Part shown: in pieces, positions 18,195 to 26,882 of the stretch | How the letters are laid out: each line of letters opens with the position of its first letter | How positions within the stretch are numbered: the stretch's first letter is position 1 | Source: Cylindrospermopsis raciborskii Cr2010 | GTDB lineage: Bacteria > Cyanobacteriota > Cyanobacteriia > Cyanobacteriales > Nostocaceae | Assembly: GCF_003367075.2 (NCBI RefSeq) | Contig: NZ_CP065936.1 | Location: 2,580,001 to 2,612,000, forward strand | DNA length: 32,000 bases | Direction of reading: 5' to 3' | Made by a program: the position numbers and the translations under genes | Notes under the pieces: generated by a model | What the model was told of the DNA's origin: nothing | Seen by the model: the letters and a program-made list of their open reading frames with translations, nothing else | Databases searched by the model: none

Positions 18195-18662
18195 ATGAGT
18201 ATTGGCAATTCAGAAGACCTAGGATTAGCAGATTTACAACAACTGCACCAAACAGATGATTACCAGTGGTTATTGACCAACATTAAACTGTTGAAGAATG
18301 GGCAGTTTGACCAGCTGGATTTAGAAAATTTAATTGAGGAATTAACTGACTTGGGTAATGAGAAAAAAAATGCAGTTAGGAGTTTATTAGAGTAGATTAT
18401 CAGACACTTATTATTGATACAATATTGGCGGGAAGAACACGAAATAAATAGTCATCATTGGCAATCAGAATTGCTGGGATTTCGTTATCAAATGCAAGAT
18501 AGATTAACAACCAACTTGCAATTGTTTCTAGCGCAGGAGATGGAAAATATTTATCAAAGAGCATTAAAATTTGTCCAGATCAAGACAAAATTTAAACTAC
18601 AGTTTCCCACTAAGTGCCCTTACACCCTAGAACAATTATTAAACATTGATTATCCCTGTTGA
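18195..18662 (+). pseudogene. DUF29 paralog interrupted by a single in-frame TAG (18393-18395)
   Basis: The two track ORFs (18195-18395 and 18414-18662) are in the same frame. Together they are colinear with the upstream 155-aa DUF29 protein. The TAG sits where copy 1 reads CAG (..LQQVIRHLLL versus ..LLE*IIRHLLL). Confidence 0.7.
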
Positions 18663-18821
18663 CAAAAATAAAAAGTTGTGGAACAATCATTTTGGCTAAA
18701 TAAAGCAGCGCAAATAACAATTTAATCTTTGATTAATCTTTAAAAGTCATGCACGGACAACTTACGTGTGACTATGCTGACTTTAGGTTCTAAGGGTATT
18801 GGAAGGAGTGAAAGGAAACAG

Positions 18822-20129
18822 ATGTTAAAACGTAACGTTTCTCTAGTGTTAAGTGTAACATTGGTAACTAGTGCCTGTCTTTTGAGTGGTTGTGAAAATA
18901 CAACTCAAAATACAACCGAAAATACAAGTAATACCACCTCACCTGCAAACGCAGGAACTGGTAAAGGTCTAAAAATTGGTAGTTTATTGCCAACCACTGG
19001 GGATCTAGCTTCCATTGGTCAACAAATGGCGGGTTCAGTCCCCCTACTGGTAGAAACCGTCAATGCTTGTGGTGGTGTGAATGGTGAACCAGTACAACTA
19101 GTGGAAGTAGATGACCAAACCAAACCAGAAAGTGGTGCAGCTGGTATGACTAAACTAGCTACAGTAGATAAAGTAGCTGGTGTAGTTGGTTCCTTTGCTA
19201 GTAGTGTTTCCACCGCAGCTGTTTCAGTAGCTACACCCAATAAGGTTATGCTCATATCACCAGGAAGCACCAGTCCCGTATTTACCGAAAAAGCTCAAAA
19301 AGGTGACTTTAAAGGTTTTTGGGCACGGACTGCACCACCAGATACCTATCAAGCATTGGCTTTAGCTCAACTGGCCAAGAAAAAGGGTTTTAAGAGAGTT
19401 TCCACAGTTGTGATTAATAACGACTATGGTGTAGGCTTTGAAAAAGCATTCGTACAAACATTTGAGAAATTAGGTGGAACAGTAGTTAATAAGAACAAAC
19501 CTGTGCGCTATGACCCCAAAGCCCAAACTTTTGAAACTGAAGCTGGTGCCGCTTTTGCAGGTAAGCCCGATGCGGTTTTAGGTGTAATGTATGCAGAAAC
19601 AGGTAGTTTATTTCTCAAAGCTGCTTATCAACAAGGAGTAGCTAAAGGAGTACAAATCCTATTGACTGATGGAGTGAAATCAGATAGCTTCCCAGAACAG
19701 GTGGGTAAGGGAGCAGATGGTAAATATTTATTATCTGGAGCAATAGGAACAACCCCCGGTTCCAACGGTAAAGCCCTAGAGTCCTTCAAAAAATTGTGGC
19801 AACAAAAGAAAGGTGGCACTCCGGGAGAATACGCACCCCAAGCCTGGGATGCTGCAGCTTTGTTGGTGTTAGCAGCTCAATCGGCTAAAGAAAATACCGG
19901 TGTGGGAATTGCCAGCAAAATCCGGGAAGTTGCTGAAGGTAGTGGTAAAGAAGTTTCTGATGTGTGTGAAGGACTCAAACTAATAAAAGCAGGCACAAAG
20001 ATTAATTACCAAGGCGCCAGCGGGGATGTGGATGTGGATGCTAATGGCGATGTACTTGGTGTGTATGATGTTTGGACCGTGGGTGATAATGGTAAAATTA
20101 CGGTTATTGACCAAGTAAGTCCCAAATAG
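18822..20129 (+). CDS. ABC transporter periplasmic substrate-binding lipoprotein, LivK/NatB-like (branched-chain or neutral amino acids)
   Basis: MLKRNVSLVLSVTLVTSACLLSGC is a signal peptide with a lipobox. The type-1 PBP pattern IGSLLPTTGDLASIGQ...VVGSFASSVS...ISPGSTSP follows. Start was moved from 18768 to ATG 18822, which has GGAAGGAG upstream. Confidence 0.8.
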   Translation: MLKRNVSLVLSVTLVTSACLLSGCENTTQNTTENTSNTTSPANAGTGKGLKIGSLLPTTGDLASIGQQMAGSVPLLVETVNACGGVNGEPVQLVEVDDQTKPESGAAGMTKLATVDKVAGVVGSFASSVSTAAVSVATPNKVMLISPGSTSPVFTEKAQKGDFKGFWARTAPPDTYQALALAQLAKKKGFKRVSTVVINNDYGVGFEKAFVQTFEKLGGTVVNKNKPVRYDPKAQTFETEAGAAFAGKPDAVLGVMYAETGSLFLKAAYQQGVAKGVQILLTDGVKSDSFPEQVGKGADGKYLLSGAIGTTPGSNGKALESFKKLWQQKKGGTPGEYAPQAWDAAALLVLAAQSAKENTGVGIASKIREVAEGSGKEVSDVCEGLKLIKAGTKINYQGASGDVDVDANGDVLGVYDVWTVGDNGKITVIDQVSPK

Positions 20130-20135
20130 GGTTAT

Positions 20136-20153
20136 GGGGGAGGTATCTCCCCC
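20136..20153. terminator. Perfect hairpin between convergent genes; possible bidirectional terminator
   Basis: GGGGGAG-gtat-CTCCCCC is a 7-bp GC-rich stem with a 4-nt loop. It lies in the 30-bp gap between the binding-protein stop (20129) and the minus-strand ORF stop (20160). Confidence 0.5.
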
Positions 20154-20159
20154 TGGTGA

Positions 20160-20783
20160 CTAAATTCCGCTGAATCTATAACCCACACCAAATAACAAAC
20201 CAATATCAACGGAGCGGAAAAACCCCGCATTGATAGATGCTGTAGCGGTAAATCTATCACTTAATGGCATATCCACACCACCGGATAATAACAGAGCAAT
20301 TTTAGGATATTTATCATTTTGAACTCGCACATTAGTATCCTTACTGTCTTTAATTGCCACACCAATTCCCGCATAGGGAGCAATGGGTAGGGCGGAACCA
20401 TTTAATACTTGTTTTATTTGTGGGTAGGCAAAATCATAAGTGATGGGAACTAGAAATGTGGTATCACTACCTAAAACCGCTCCTGGTCTGATGGAGAAGG
20501 AATTGAAAACGGAGAGCTTGCTGACAATTCCAAAATTACCATCAGCTAATGGCGAACTACCACCACTTATACCAATATTTCCTCCCACCCCAATATAACT
20601 TCCCCCTTCTTGAATAGGTCTTGTTAAAGCAGCATCCATTTGAGATTGGGCAGATTGACCAGGAGGAGCAGCATTATCTGATGGAATAACCTGTGCTGTT
20701 GCAGAAGAACCACTACCTAAAACCACTAGGGTTAGTAGACTAGATAGGCAAAAAAGATGTTTGGCAAAGAACATAGTATTCAT
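20160..20783 (-). CDS. Secreted hypothetical protein, probably a small outer-membrane beta-barrel
   Basis: It has an N-terminal signal peptide (..LVVLGSGSSATAQ). The body is Gly/Ser-rich with alternating hydrophobic residues, ending ..FGVGYRFSGI. No specific family was recognised. Confidence 0.45.
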   Translation of the reverse strand: MNTMFFAKHLFCLSSLLTLVVLGSGSSATAQVIPSDNAAPPGQSAQSQMDAALTRPIQEGGSYIGVGGNIGISGGSSPLADGNFGIVSKLSVFNSFSIRPGAVLGSDTTFLVPITYDFAYPQIKQVLNGSALPIAPYAGIGVAIKDSKDTNVRVQNDKYPKIALLLSGGVDMPLSDRFTATASINAGFFRSVDIGLLFGVGYRFSGI

Positions 20784-20981
20784 ATTATTGGGTAGTATTG
20801 TGGTATGGTAACATCTTTAGTTGTTAGTATTTTTTGGGAAAAAATCCGTGGCCAATGTCAAGAATTTCCTCACTCTTTAACATTCAACACTAAAAAATCG
20901 TTTTTTGCATCCCTAATTTGAAATAAACTATTAGGATAGAAGTATTTGCTACCTTGTGTATATATCTCACCAGAGTTAATA

Positions 20982-23900
20982 ATGATTCCAGTTCGACTGA
21001 TTCTAAAAAACTTTTTGAGTTACCGTGATGCAACTTTAGATTTTATGGGATTGCACACGGCCTGCATTTGTGGTCCTAATGGAGCAGGTAAATCTTCTTT
21101 GTTGGAGTCTATAACTTGGGCAATCTGGGGTCAAAGTCGTGCCAACATTGAGGATGATGTTATCTATGCTGGATCACAAGAGGTTAGGGTTGATTTTACT
21201 TTCTACAACAATTTACAAAAATATCGGGTAATTCGTACTCGTGCCCGAGGTGCTACAGGTATTTTGGAATTTCAATTGGAAACTCCTGCTGGTTTTCGTC
21301 CTCTTACGGGTAAGGGTATCCGTGCTACCCAGGACCTGATTCTCCAACATATTAAGTTGGATTATGAAACTTTTATTAATTCGGCTTACCTCCGCCAAGG
21401 ACGCGCTGATGAATTTATGCTAAAAGGACCTGCTCAACGTAAGGAGATTTTGGCGGAGTTGTTAAAGCTCAATCAGTATGATTTGTTGGAGGACAGAGCT
21501 AAGGATAATTCTAAGCAGTGTAAGGGAAGGGTGGAAGAGTTGGAACGTTCTATCCACAACATTCAATTACAATTGACTGATAAGGAGACAATTCAAACCC
21601 AAAGAGCAACTTTGGAAACCAGATTACATCATTTGCAACAACAACAGACTTCTGATTATCAACAGTTGCAAGATCTACAGGTGGTTGAACGTCAACGTCA
21701 CGATTGGGAAACTAAGTTGGGGGTAGTTCAACAACAGTGTCAGAATCTCGTTCCAGAATGCGATCGCCTGTATCAAGATGGTTCAGTTGTCAAGTCTCAA
21801 TTGCAGGAGTTAGATTCTATTTTAGGTCAGTCTGAAGAAATTCAAGCTGGTTATAGTGGTTTTCAAGCTCTACAATCTCAGGAAGAGTCTTTTACTAGGA
21901 AATTTGAGCAACATAATCTTGCTATTAGTTTTAAACAAGCACGAGAACAGGAACTAGGGACACGAGTTCAAACCATTCAACTGCAAATACAACAGGAGTC
22001 GGTAGAATTAAAGGCCTCGGAAAAACAGGAGCAGGAATTACAAGGGTGCTTACACAAGTCTAAAGAAGTAGAATCTGCATTGAGCAGTTTATCTGCTGCT
22101 CGTGAACATCTTAACCAGATGGAACAGTTACAAATCCAAGTGACTCCCCTCCTACAACAACGAGCAAGTTTACAAAGTCGGATAGACCGGGTTTATGCTA
22201 CTTTGTCAGCTAAATTGGAGGGGTTGGAAAATACTCGACAACAACTACAATCGAAAGATTCTGACTTTTCTCGGTTACAGGAGTCCGCTACACAACTGGA
22301 TAAGCAAATTGAGGAGTTGGAAAAGAAACGTGTCTATCTTCAAAGGGTACATGAAAAAGGAAATGATCGTCGCCATGTAATTGAACGTTTGCAAACTCAT
22401 CAAACTGAATACGAGAAATCTTTGGGTAAGCTGGAACAAAAGATACAGCTACTTCAGGAGCCTAATGCTCTATGTCCCCTCTGTGAACGTCCTTTAGATG
22501 AGCATAATTGGAGTCGGGTTGTAGAGAAAACTCAGGGAGAATACAAGGATACTCAGGAACAATTTTGGCAAACACGAGAATTATTGGCAGTGTCTGACCA
22601 AGAAATTCAAGCATTAAGGACGGAATATCAGACAATCTCCCGACAGGTGGCAGAATATGAGTCTTTAAGGCAAAAAAAAGGAGAATTAGGTGCTCATCTG
22701 CAAGCTATGATCGATGACCGGGAAAGGTTGAAGCAACTTGCTTTAGAGAAGGAAAGTTTACAGGCTCAATTACAAGGGGATTATGCTCCCGAACTACAAC
22801 AGGAACTCCAAGAAGTAGATCAGCATTTACAACAACTAAATTATCAGGAAGAAAATCACGCTTTAGCTAGAAGTGAGATAGAGCGTTGGCGATGGGCAGA
22901 AATTAAACAGGCTCAGATTAAAGATGCTCAAAAGAAAATAGCTCAACTAGCACAGATTAAGCCTAAACTAGTAGCCAAGATTGAGGAGTTACAAGCACAA
23001 GTGCTATGGGAACAGACTAATTCACCAATAGCTGAGGAAATTGGGAGATTAGCAGTGCATATTGCTGCTATTGATTATAGTCATGAAGCACATCAGGAAA
23101 TTCATAAAAAAGTTCAAGGGAGTCAACATTGGCAATTGAAACATCAGCAGTTGTTATCTGCTCAACAACAATATCCTTATCTGGAAAAAAGACTGGCAGA
23201 TTTGAGTAGTGATTTGCAGCAAAGAGAGGCGCTAAAACAAAAACTTGCCATGGAAATGGGCGAAATAGAGAAGCAATTAGCATCTATGGTCAATCCAGCA
23301 GAGAAAATTGCTGATTTAGACCAGAAGATGGTAGTTCGTCGTCGAGAAATGGATGAAACTATTACTCATTTAGGCAGGTTGGAACAAAAGATACATCAGT
23401 TAGAACTGCTGCAAAATCAATATGAGCAAGAAAAGGACCAATTAGCAGTTTGTAAGAAAAAACAGCGCGTTTATCAGGAATTGGCACAGGCATTTGGTAA
23501 AAATGGTATCCAAGCACTGATGATTGAAAATGTGTTACCACAACTGGAAGCAGAGACTAACAAGTTACTTTCTCGGTTGAGTGGTAGTCAGTTACATGTA
23601 CAGTTTATTACCCAGAAGTTGGGGAGTAAATCAGCTAAGAAAGGCGCTAAGTTGGTGGACACTTTAGAAATTTTAATTGCTGACACAAGAGGTACAAGAG
23701 CTTATGAAACTTACTCTGGAGGGGAGGCGTTTAGAATTAATTTTGCTATTCGGTTAGCATTGGCTAAATTGCTGGCCCAGCGTGCTGGCGCTGCACTACA
23801 GTTGTTAATTATAGATGAGGGATTTGGCACCCAAGATACGGAAGGATGCGATCGCCTGATTGCTTCTATTAACGCAATAGCGAGCGATTTTGCCTGTATT

Positions 23901-23999
23901 TTGACTGTGACCCATATTCCCCATCTCAAGGAAGCATTTCAGGCGCGAATAGAAGTAAATAAGAACCAACAGGGTTCCCATTTATCCCTTTCAATTTGA
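20982..23999 (+). CDS. sbcC: SbcC/Rad50-family SMC-like ATPase (double-strand break repair nuclease subunit)
   Basis: 1005 aa from ATG 20982. Walker A is GPNGAGKSS and the Q-loop is AYLRQG. A long Gln/Leu/Glu-rich coiled coil carries a central CPLC zinc hook (nt 22473-22484). The signature is YSGGEAF, Walker B is LLIIDEGFG, and the H-loop is VTHIP. Confidence 0.85.
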   Translation: MIPVRLILKNFLSYRDATLDFMGLHTACICGPNGAGKSSLLESITWAIWGQSRANIEDDVIYAGSQEVRVDFTFYNNLQKYRVIRTRARGATGILEFQLETPAGFRPLTGKGIRATQDLILQHIKLDYETFINSAYLRQGRADEFMLKGPAQRKEILAELLKLNQYDLLEDRAKDNSKQCKGRVEELERSIHNIQLQLTDKETIQTQRATLETRLHHLQQQQTSDYQQLQDLQVVERQRHDWETKLGVVQQQCQNLVPECDRLYQDGSVVKSQLQELDSILGQSEEIQAGYSGFQALQSQEESFTRKFEQHNLAISFKQAREQELGTRVQTIQLQIQQESVELKASEKQEQELQGCLHKSKEVESALSSLSAAREHLNQMEQLQIQVTPLLQQRASLQSRIDRVYATLSAKLEGLENTRQQLQSKDSDFSRLQESATQLDKQIEELEKKRVYLQRVHEKGNDRRHVIERLQTHQTEYEKSLGKLEQKIQLLQEPNALCPLCERPLDEHNWSRVVEKTQGEYKDTQEQFWQTRELLAVSDQEIQALRTEYQTISRQVAEYESLRQKKGELGAHLQAMIDDRERLKQLALEKESLQAQLQGDYAPELQQELQEVDQHLQQLNYQEENHALARSEIERWRWAEIKQAQIKDAQKKIAQLAQIKPKLVAKIEELQAQVLWEQTNSPIAEEIGRLAVHIAAIDYSHEAHQEIHKKVQGSQHWQLKHQQLLSAQQQYPYLEKRLADLSSDLQQREALKQKLAMEMGEIEKQLASMVNPAEKIADLDQKMVVRRREMDETITHLGRLEQKIHQLELLQNQYEQEKDQLAVCKKKQRVYQELAQAFGKNGIQALMIENVLPQLEAETNKLLSRLSGSQLHVQFITQKLGSKSAKKGAKLVDTLEILIADTRGTRAYETYSGGEAFRINFAIRLALAKLLAQRAGAALQLLIIDEGFGTQDTEGCDRLIASINAIASDFACILTVTHIPHLKEAFQARIEVNKNQQGSHLSLSI

Positions 24000-24455
24000 T
24001 TTTTCCGTATTACCAGCTTTAACCCAACCTTCTTGATCAGTATCTGGAATCCTAATTTTTTGCCACTTACCATCCTGACTGGTTTCTAAAATAATCACTT
24101 TTTGATTACCAGCAACCCCACCAATAGCTTGACCCTCAAAAGCGGGTTTATCTCGCACACTCAAACCTTGTGACCAGGTAACCACAGCAGTATAGGATCC
24201 TGGTGGTAAAGCAGTAGGTGATTCCCGATTGAGTTCTGGTGTTGCAGTAGGTTTTGGTTTTACCTTCACCACCTGTTTGGGGGTAACCTTGGGTAAATTA
24301 GGTTTTGGATCGGGATTGTCATTAGCAAACATGGGTTTTTCAGGAGCGATGGCAGTGCGATTGATAAAGTATATAGCTATTGTCATACCACTACCCAACA
24401 AAACGGCGATCGCCAACAAAAATCCAAGCACAAATTTAAGCAAACCAGATAGCAT
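23991..24455 (-). CDS. Membrane-anchored SH3b-domain protein
   Basis: An N-terminal TM helix (FVLGFLLAIAVLLGSGMTIAIYF) is followed by a Pro/Lys-rich linker. The C-terminal part ..LSVRDKPAFEGQAIGGVAGNQKVIILETSQDGKWQKIRIP...GWV is typical of bacterial SH3 domains. Confidence 0.6.
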   Translation of the reverse strand: MLSGLLKFVLGFLLAIAVLLGSGMTIAIYFINRTAIAPEKPMFANDNPDPKPNLPKVTPKQVVKVKPKPTATPELNRESPTALPPGSYTAVVTWSQGLSVRDKPAFEGQAIGGVAGNQKVIILETSQDGKWQKIRIPDTDQEGWVKAGNTEKSN

Positions 24456-24497
24456 AGTTATTCCTTATTTTATCAAGAGGATACATCCCACCACCTA

Positions 24498-26009
24498 CTA
24501 TAATTGACGTTGTATACGTTCAGTTAAAGAACTATGCTTAGAAGCTAGACGGGCCCGACCAGAAGCTGCCCATTCTTGAAGTTGTTGAATTTGTTCCACA
24601 GCTGTTCTAGCTAGAGGAATGATTTGACTAGCAGCTTCTAAAACATCATCAGTGATAAAATCACGGTTTTGACTAAACGCAATATGCATAGCCTCAATTA
24701 AAGTCTGCTCAATTTCTGCTCCAGAGAAATCAGGAGTTTCGTAGGCCAATCTATCAATGTCATAACCCTTGACATTGTGGGGACGTAACCTAGATAGGTG
24801 AACATGAAAAATAGCCTTTCTTTCTTCCTGGGTGGGTAAACCCACAAAGAAAATTTCATCAAATCGCCCCTTACGCAACATTTCCGGAGGTAAAGACTGA
24901 ATATCATTAGCAGTAGAAACCACAAATACCGGAGAAGTCTTTTCTGCTAACCAGGTAATAAAAGTGCCAAATACCCGACTGGTTGTTCCCGCATCACCCC
25001 TACTACCCAAACCAGAAAAAGCCTTATCAATTTCATCAATCCACAATACACAGGGAGCTAGAGCTTCAGCAACTTGAATCATTTGTCTAGTGCGGGATTC
25101 CGACTCACCAACTAAACCCCCAAATAAACGACCCACATCTAAGCGTAACAGAGGTAAATGCCAATAGTGAGCGATCGCCTTAGCAGTGAGGGACTTACCA
25201 GTTCCCTGAATTCCCACCAACATTAAACCACGGGGGTGTGGCAATCCGTACTGTCGAGCCCGTTGTGTAAATGAGCCACCACGGCGAATTAACCAGTCTT
25301 TGAGATTATCCAACCCGCCAATATCAGAGATTTGCTCGGTAGCAGGGTAGAAGTCAAGAATTTGGGTTTGGCGAATAGTTTGGCGTTTTTCTTCCAGAAC
25401 CAGGTCTACATCTTCTGGCAATAGCTCTCCATGAGATGCTAAAGCCCGTGACAGAACCCGGCGAATTCTTTCCATTGATAGACCCTGACAGGAACGTACC
25501 AAATCATCAACAAACTTACCAGACAGAGAGTTACCCGTGACCTGTAACAATTTTTCCACTTCAGTTTTAATTTCCGGGACAGTGGGTAAGGGGAATTCCA
25601 CCACAGTCATAACTTCCGTTAAATCATCGGGGATCAGAACACGTGGGGATAATAAAACAATGTTTTTCGGTTGAGATTTCAGGAGTCGGGATAAATTGCG
25701 AAGTTTGCGAGCAATAGCCACATCGTCTAAAAAGCGATGATAATCTCTTAAAATTATAACCGCACAGACAGACGATGGTATTTTTTCAACAAATTCTAAA
25801 GCTTGCAGAGGATTGCGTTTACCAAAACCCTGATCATTAGGGTTTCCCTGATAACCATCAACAAAGTCCCAGGTATAAACCGGGCGATTTCCTTGATTTG
25901 TTGCTTCTTCTCTAATAGTAGCTTCCACCCTTTCCTCTTCCTGGGTAGGAATGTAAATTAGGGGATAGCGGGCACGGAGTAATAGTTTAAATTCTTCGCG
26001 GAAGTTCAT
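24498..26009 (-). CDS. ycf46: AAA+ ATPase, Ycf46-like
   Basis: 503 aa. The N-terminus ..LLLRARYPLIYIPTQEEERVE is as I recall for Ycf46. Walker A is GIQGTGKS, Walker B is VLWIDEIDK, and an R-finger region GRFDEIFFV is present. The family name is from memory. Confidence 0.7.
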   Translation of the reverse strand: MNFREEFKLLLRARYPLIYIPTQEEERVEATIREEATNQGNRPVYTWDFVDGYQGNPNDQGFGKRNPLQALEFVEKIPSSVCAVIILRDYHRFLDDVAIARKLRNLSRLLKSQPKNIVLLSPRVLIPDDLTEVMTVVEFPLPTVPEIKTEVEKLLQVTGNSLSGKFVDDLVRSCQGLSMERIRRVLSRALASHGELLPEDVDLVLEEKRQTIRQTQILDFYPATEQISDIGGLDNLKDWLIRRGGSFTQRARQYGLPHPRGLMLVGIQGTGKSLTAKAIAHYWHLPLLRLDVGRLFGGLVGESESRTRQMIQVAEALAPCVLWIDEIDKAFSGLGSRGDAGTTSRVFGTFITWLAEKTSPVFVVSTANDIQSLPPEMLRKGRFDEIFFVGLPTQEERKAIFHVHLSRLRPHNVKGYDIDRLAYETPDFSGAEIEQTLIEAMHIAFSQNRDFITDDVLEAASQIIPLARTAVEQIQQLQEWAASGRARLASKHSSLTERIQRQL

Positions 26010-26079
26010 AGTGATAGAATAGAGTTGTTATAATGACATAGGTAATTGCTATTTGTAAATTCGGCTGTAAACTTGTAGT

Positions 26080-26808
26080 ATGAGCAACACTAGTAATTTT
26101 CGTCAAGCTTTTCGTGAGGCACAAAACCGCAGTCTCGTCGGTTCCAACGTTATTGCCAAAGCTTTGCCCTATGTTGGTGGTGGTCTTGTTCTCACCGCTG
26201 TGGGCACCTATGGTGGTCTAGGTATTATTAATTCCTACCCAGAACTATTCTTTTCTAGTTTTTTGGGTGCGGTAGTAGTGGAACTGATTTTGTTCTTTGT
26301 TGCCCAAAATGTGGCCAAGAAGGGTCAAAATGCCATTGCTTTGCCACTCCTAGCCATTTATAGTCTGTTGTCAGGATACACCCTCAGCGGCTTAGTATTC
26401 GTAGCTCTAGGCACCCAAGGAGTGGGTATTCAGGGTATTGGCATAGCAGCCTTATCATGTGGTATCACCTTCATTGTAGCCCGTCAAATCGGTAGTAATC
26501 TTTCAGAATCCGATGGCATGGCCCTGACGAAAACCATTTCTCTGGGAATACTAGCTTTAGTTGTTGTATGCCTAACTCAATTTGTTTTTGCTCTGTTCGG
26601 CGTTTATACACCCAGCTGGTTAGAAATTGGTATTTCTGGTCTAGGAGTATTTCTCTTTGCTGGAGCATCTGTAGTAGATTTTTACATACTACCCCGCACT
26701 TACACCAATGAAGAATACTTGCCCGCAGCTTTGTCAATGTATTTAACATACATTAACCTTTTTGTGTTTATTTTGAGACTGTTAATTGCCATTAATAGTC
26801 GGGACTAA
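26080..26808 (+). CDS. Bax inhibitor-1/YccA-family integral membrane protein
   Basis: 242 aa, about 7 hydrophobic helices, with a typical N-terminal ..FRQAFREAQNRSLVGSNVIAKALPYVGGGL and family size. Confidence 0.75.
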   Translation: MSNTSNFRQAFREAQNRSLVGSNVIAKALPYVGGGLVLTAVGTYGGLGIINSYPELFFSSFLGAVVVELILFFVAQNVAKKGQNAIALPLLAIYSLLSGYTLSGLVFVALGTQGVGIQGIGIAALSCGITFIVARQIGSNLSESDGMALTKTISLGILALVVVCLTQFVFALFGVYTPSWLEIGISGLGVFLFAGASVVDFYILPRTYTNEEYLPAALSMYLTYINLFVFILRLLIAINSRD

Positions 26809-26827
26809 TCAACTTTAATCAATTAAA

Positions 26828-26851
26828 GTAGGAGCAGTTAACTGCTCCTAC
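26828..26851 (+). terminator. Perfect hairpin after the BI-1-family gene
   Basis: GTAGGAGCAG-ttaa-CTGCTCCTAC is a 10-bp stem starting 20 nt after the stop. T-rich sequence follows (ctcttgttctt). Confidence 0.55.
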
Positions 26852-26882
26852 AACACTCTTGTTCTTATGGATAGGATAAACT

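Noticed and set aside
20982-26009. Reading sbcC plus the AAA+ ATPase (plus SH3b) as an SMC/ATPase-type anti-phage defence island.
   Set aside because: sbcC has the standard Rad50/SbcC architecture. The AAA+ protein looks like housekeeping Ycf46. The genes are on opposite strands, and no nuclease, methylase, integrase or other accessory-island hallmark is nearby.
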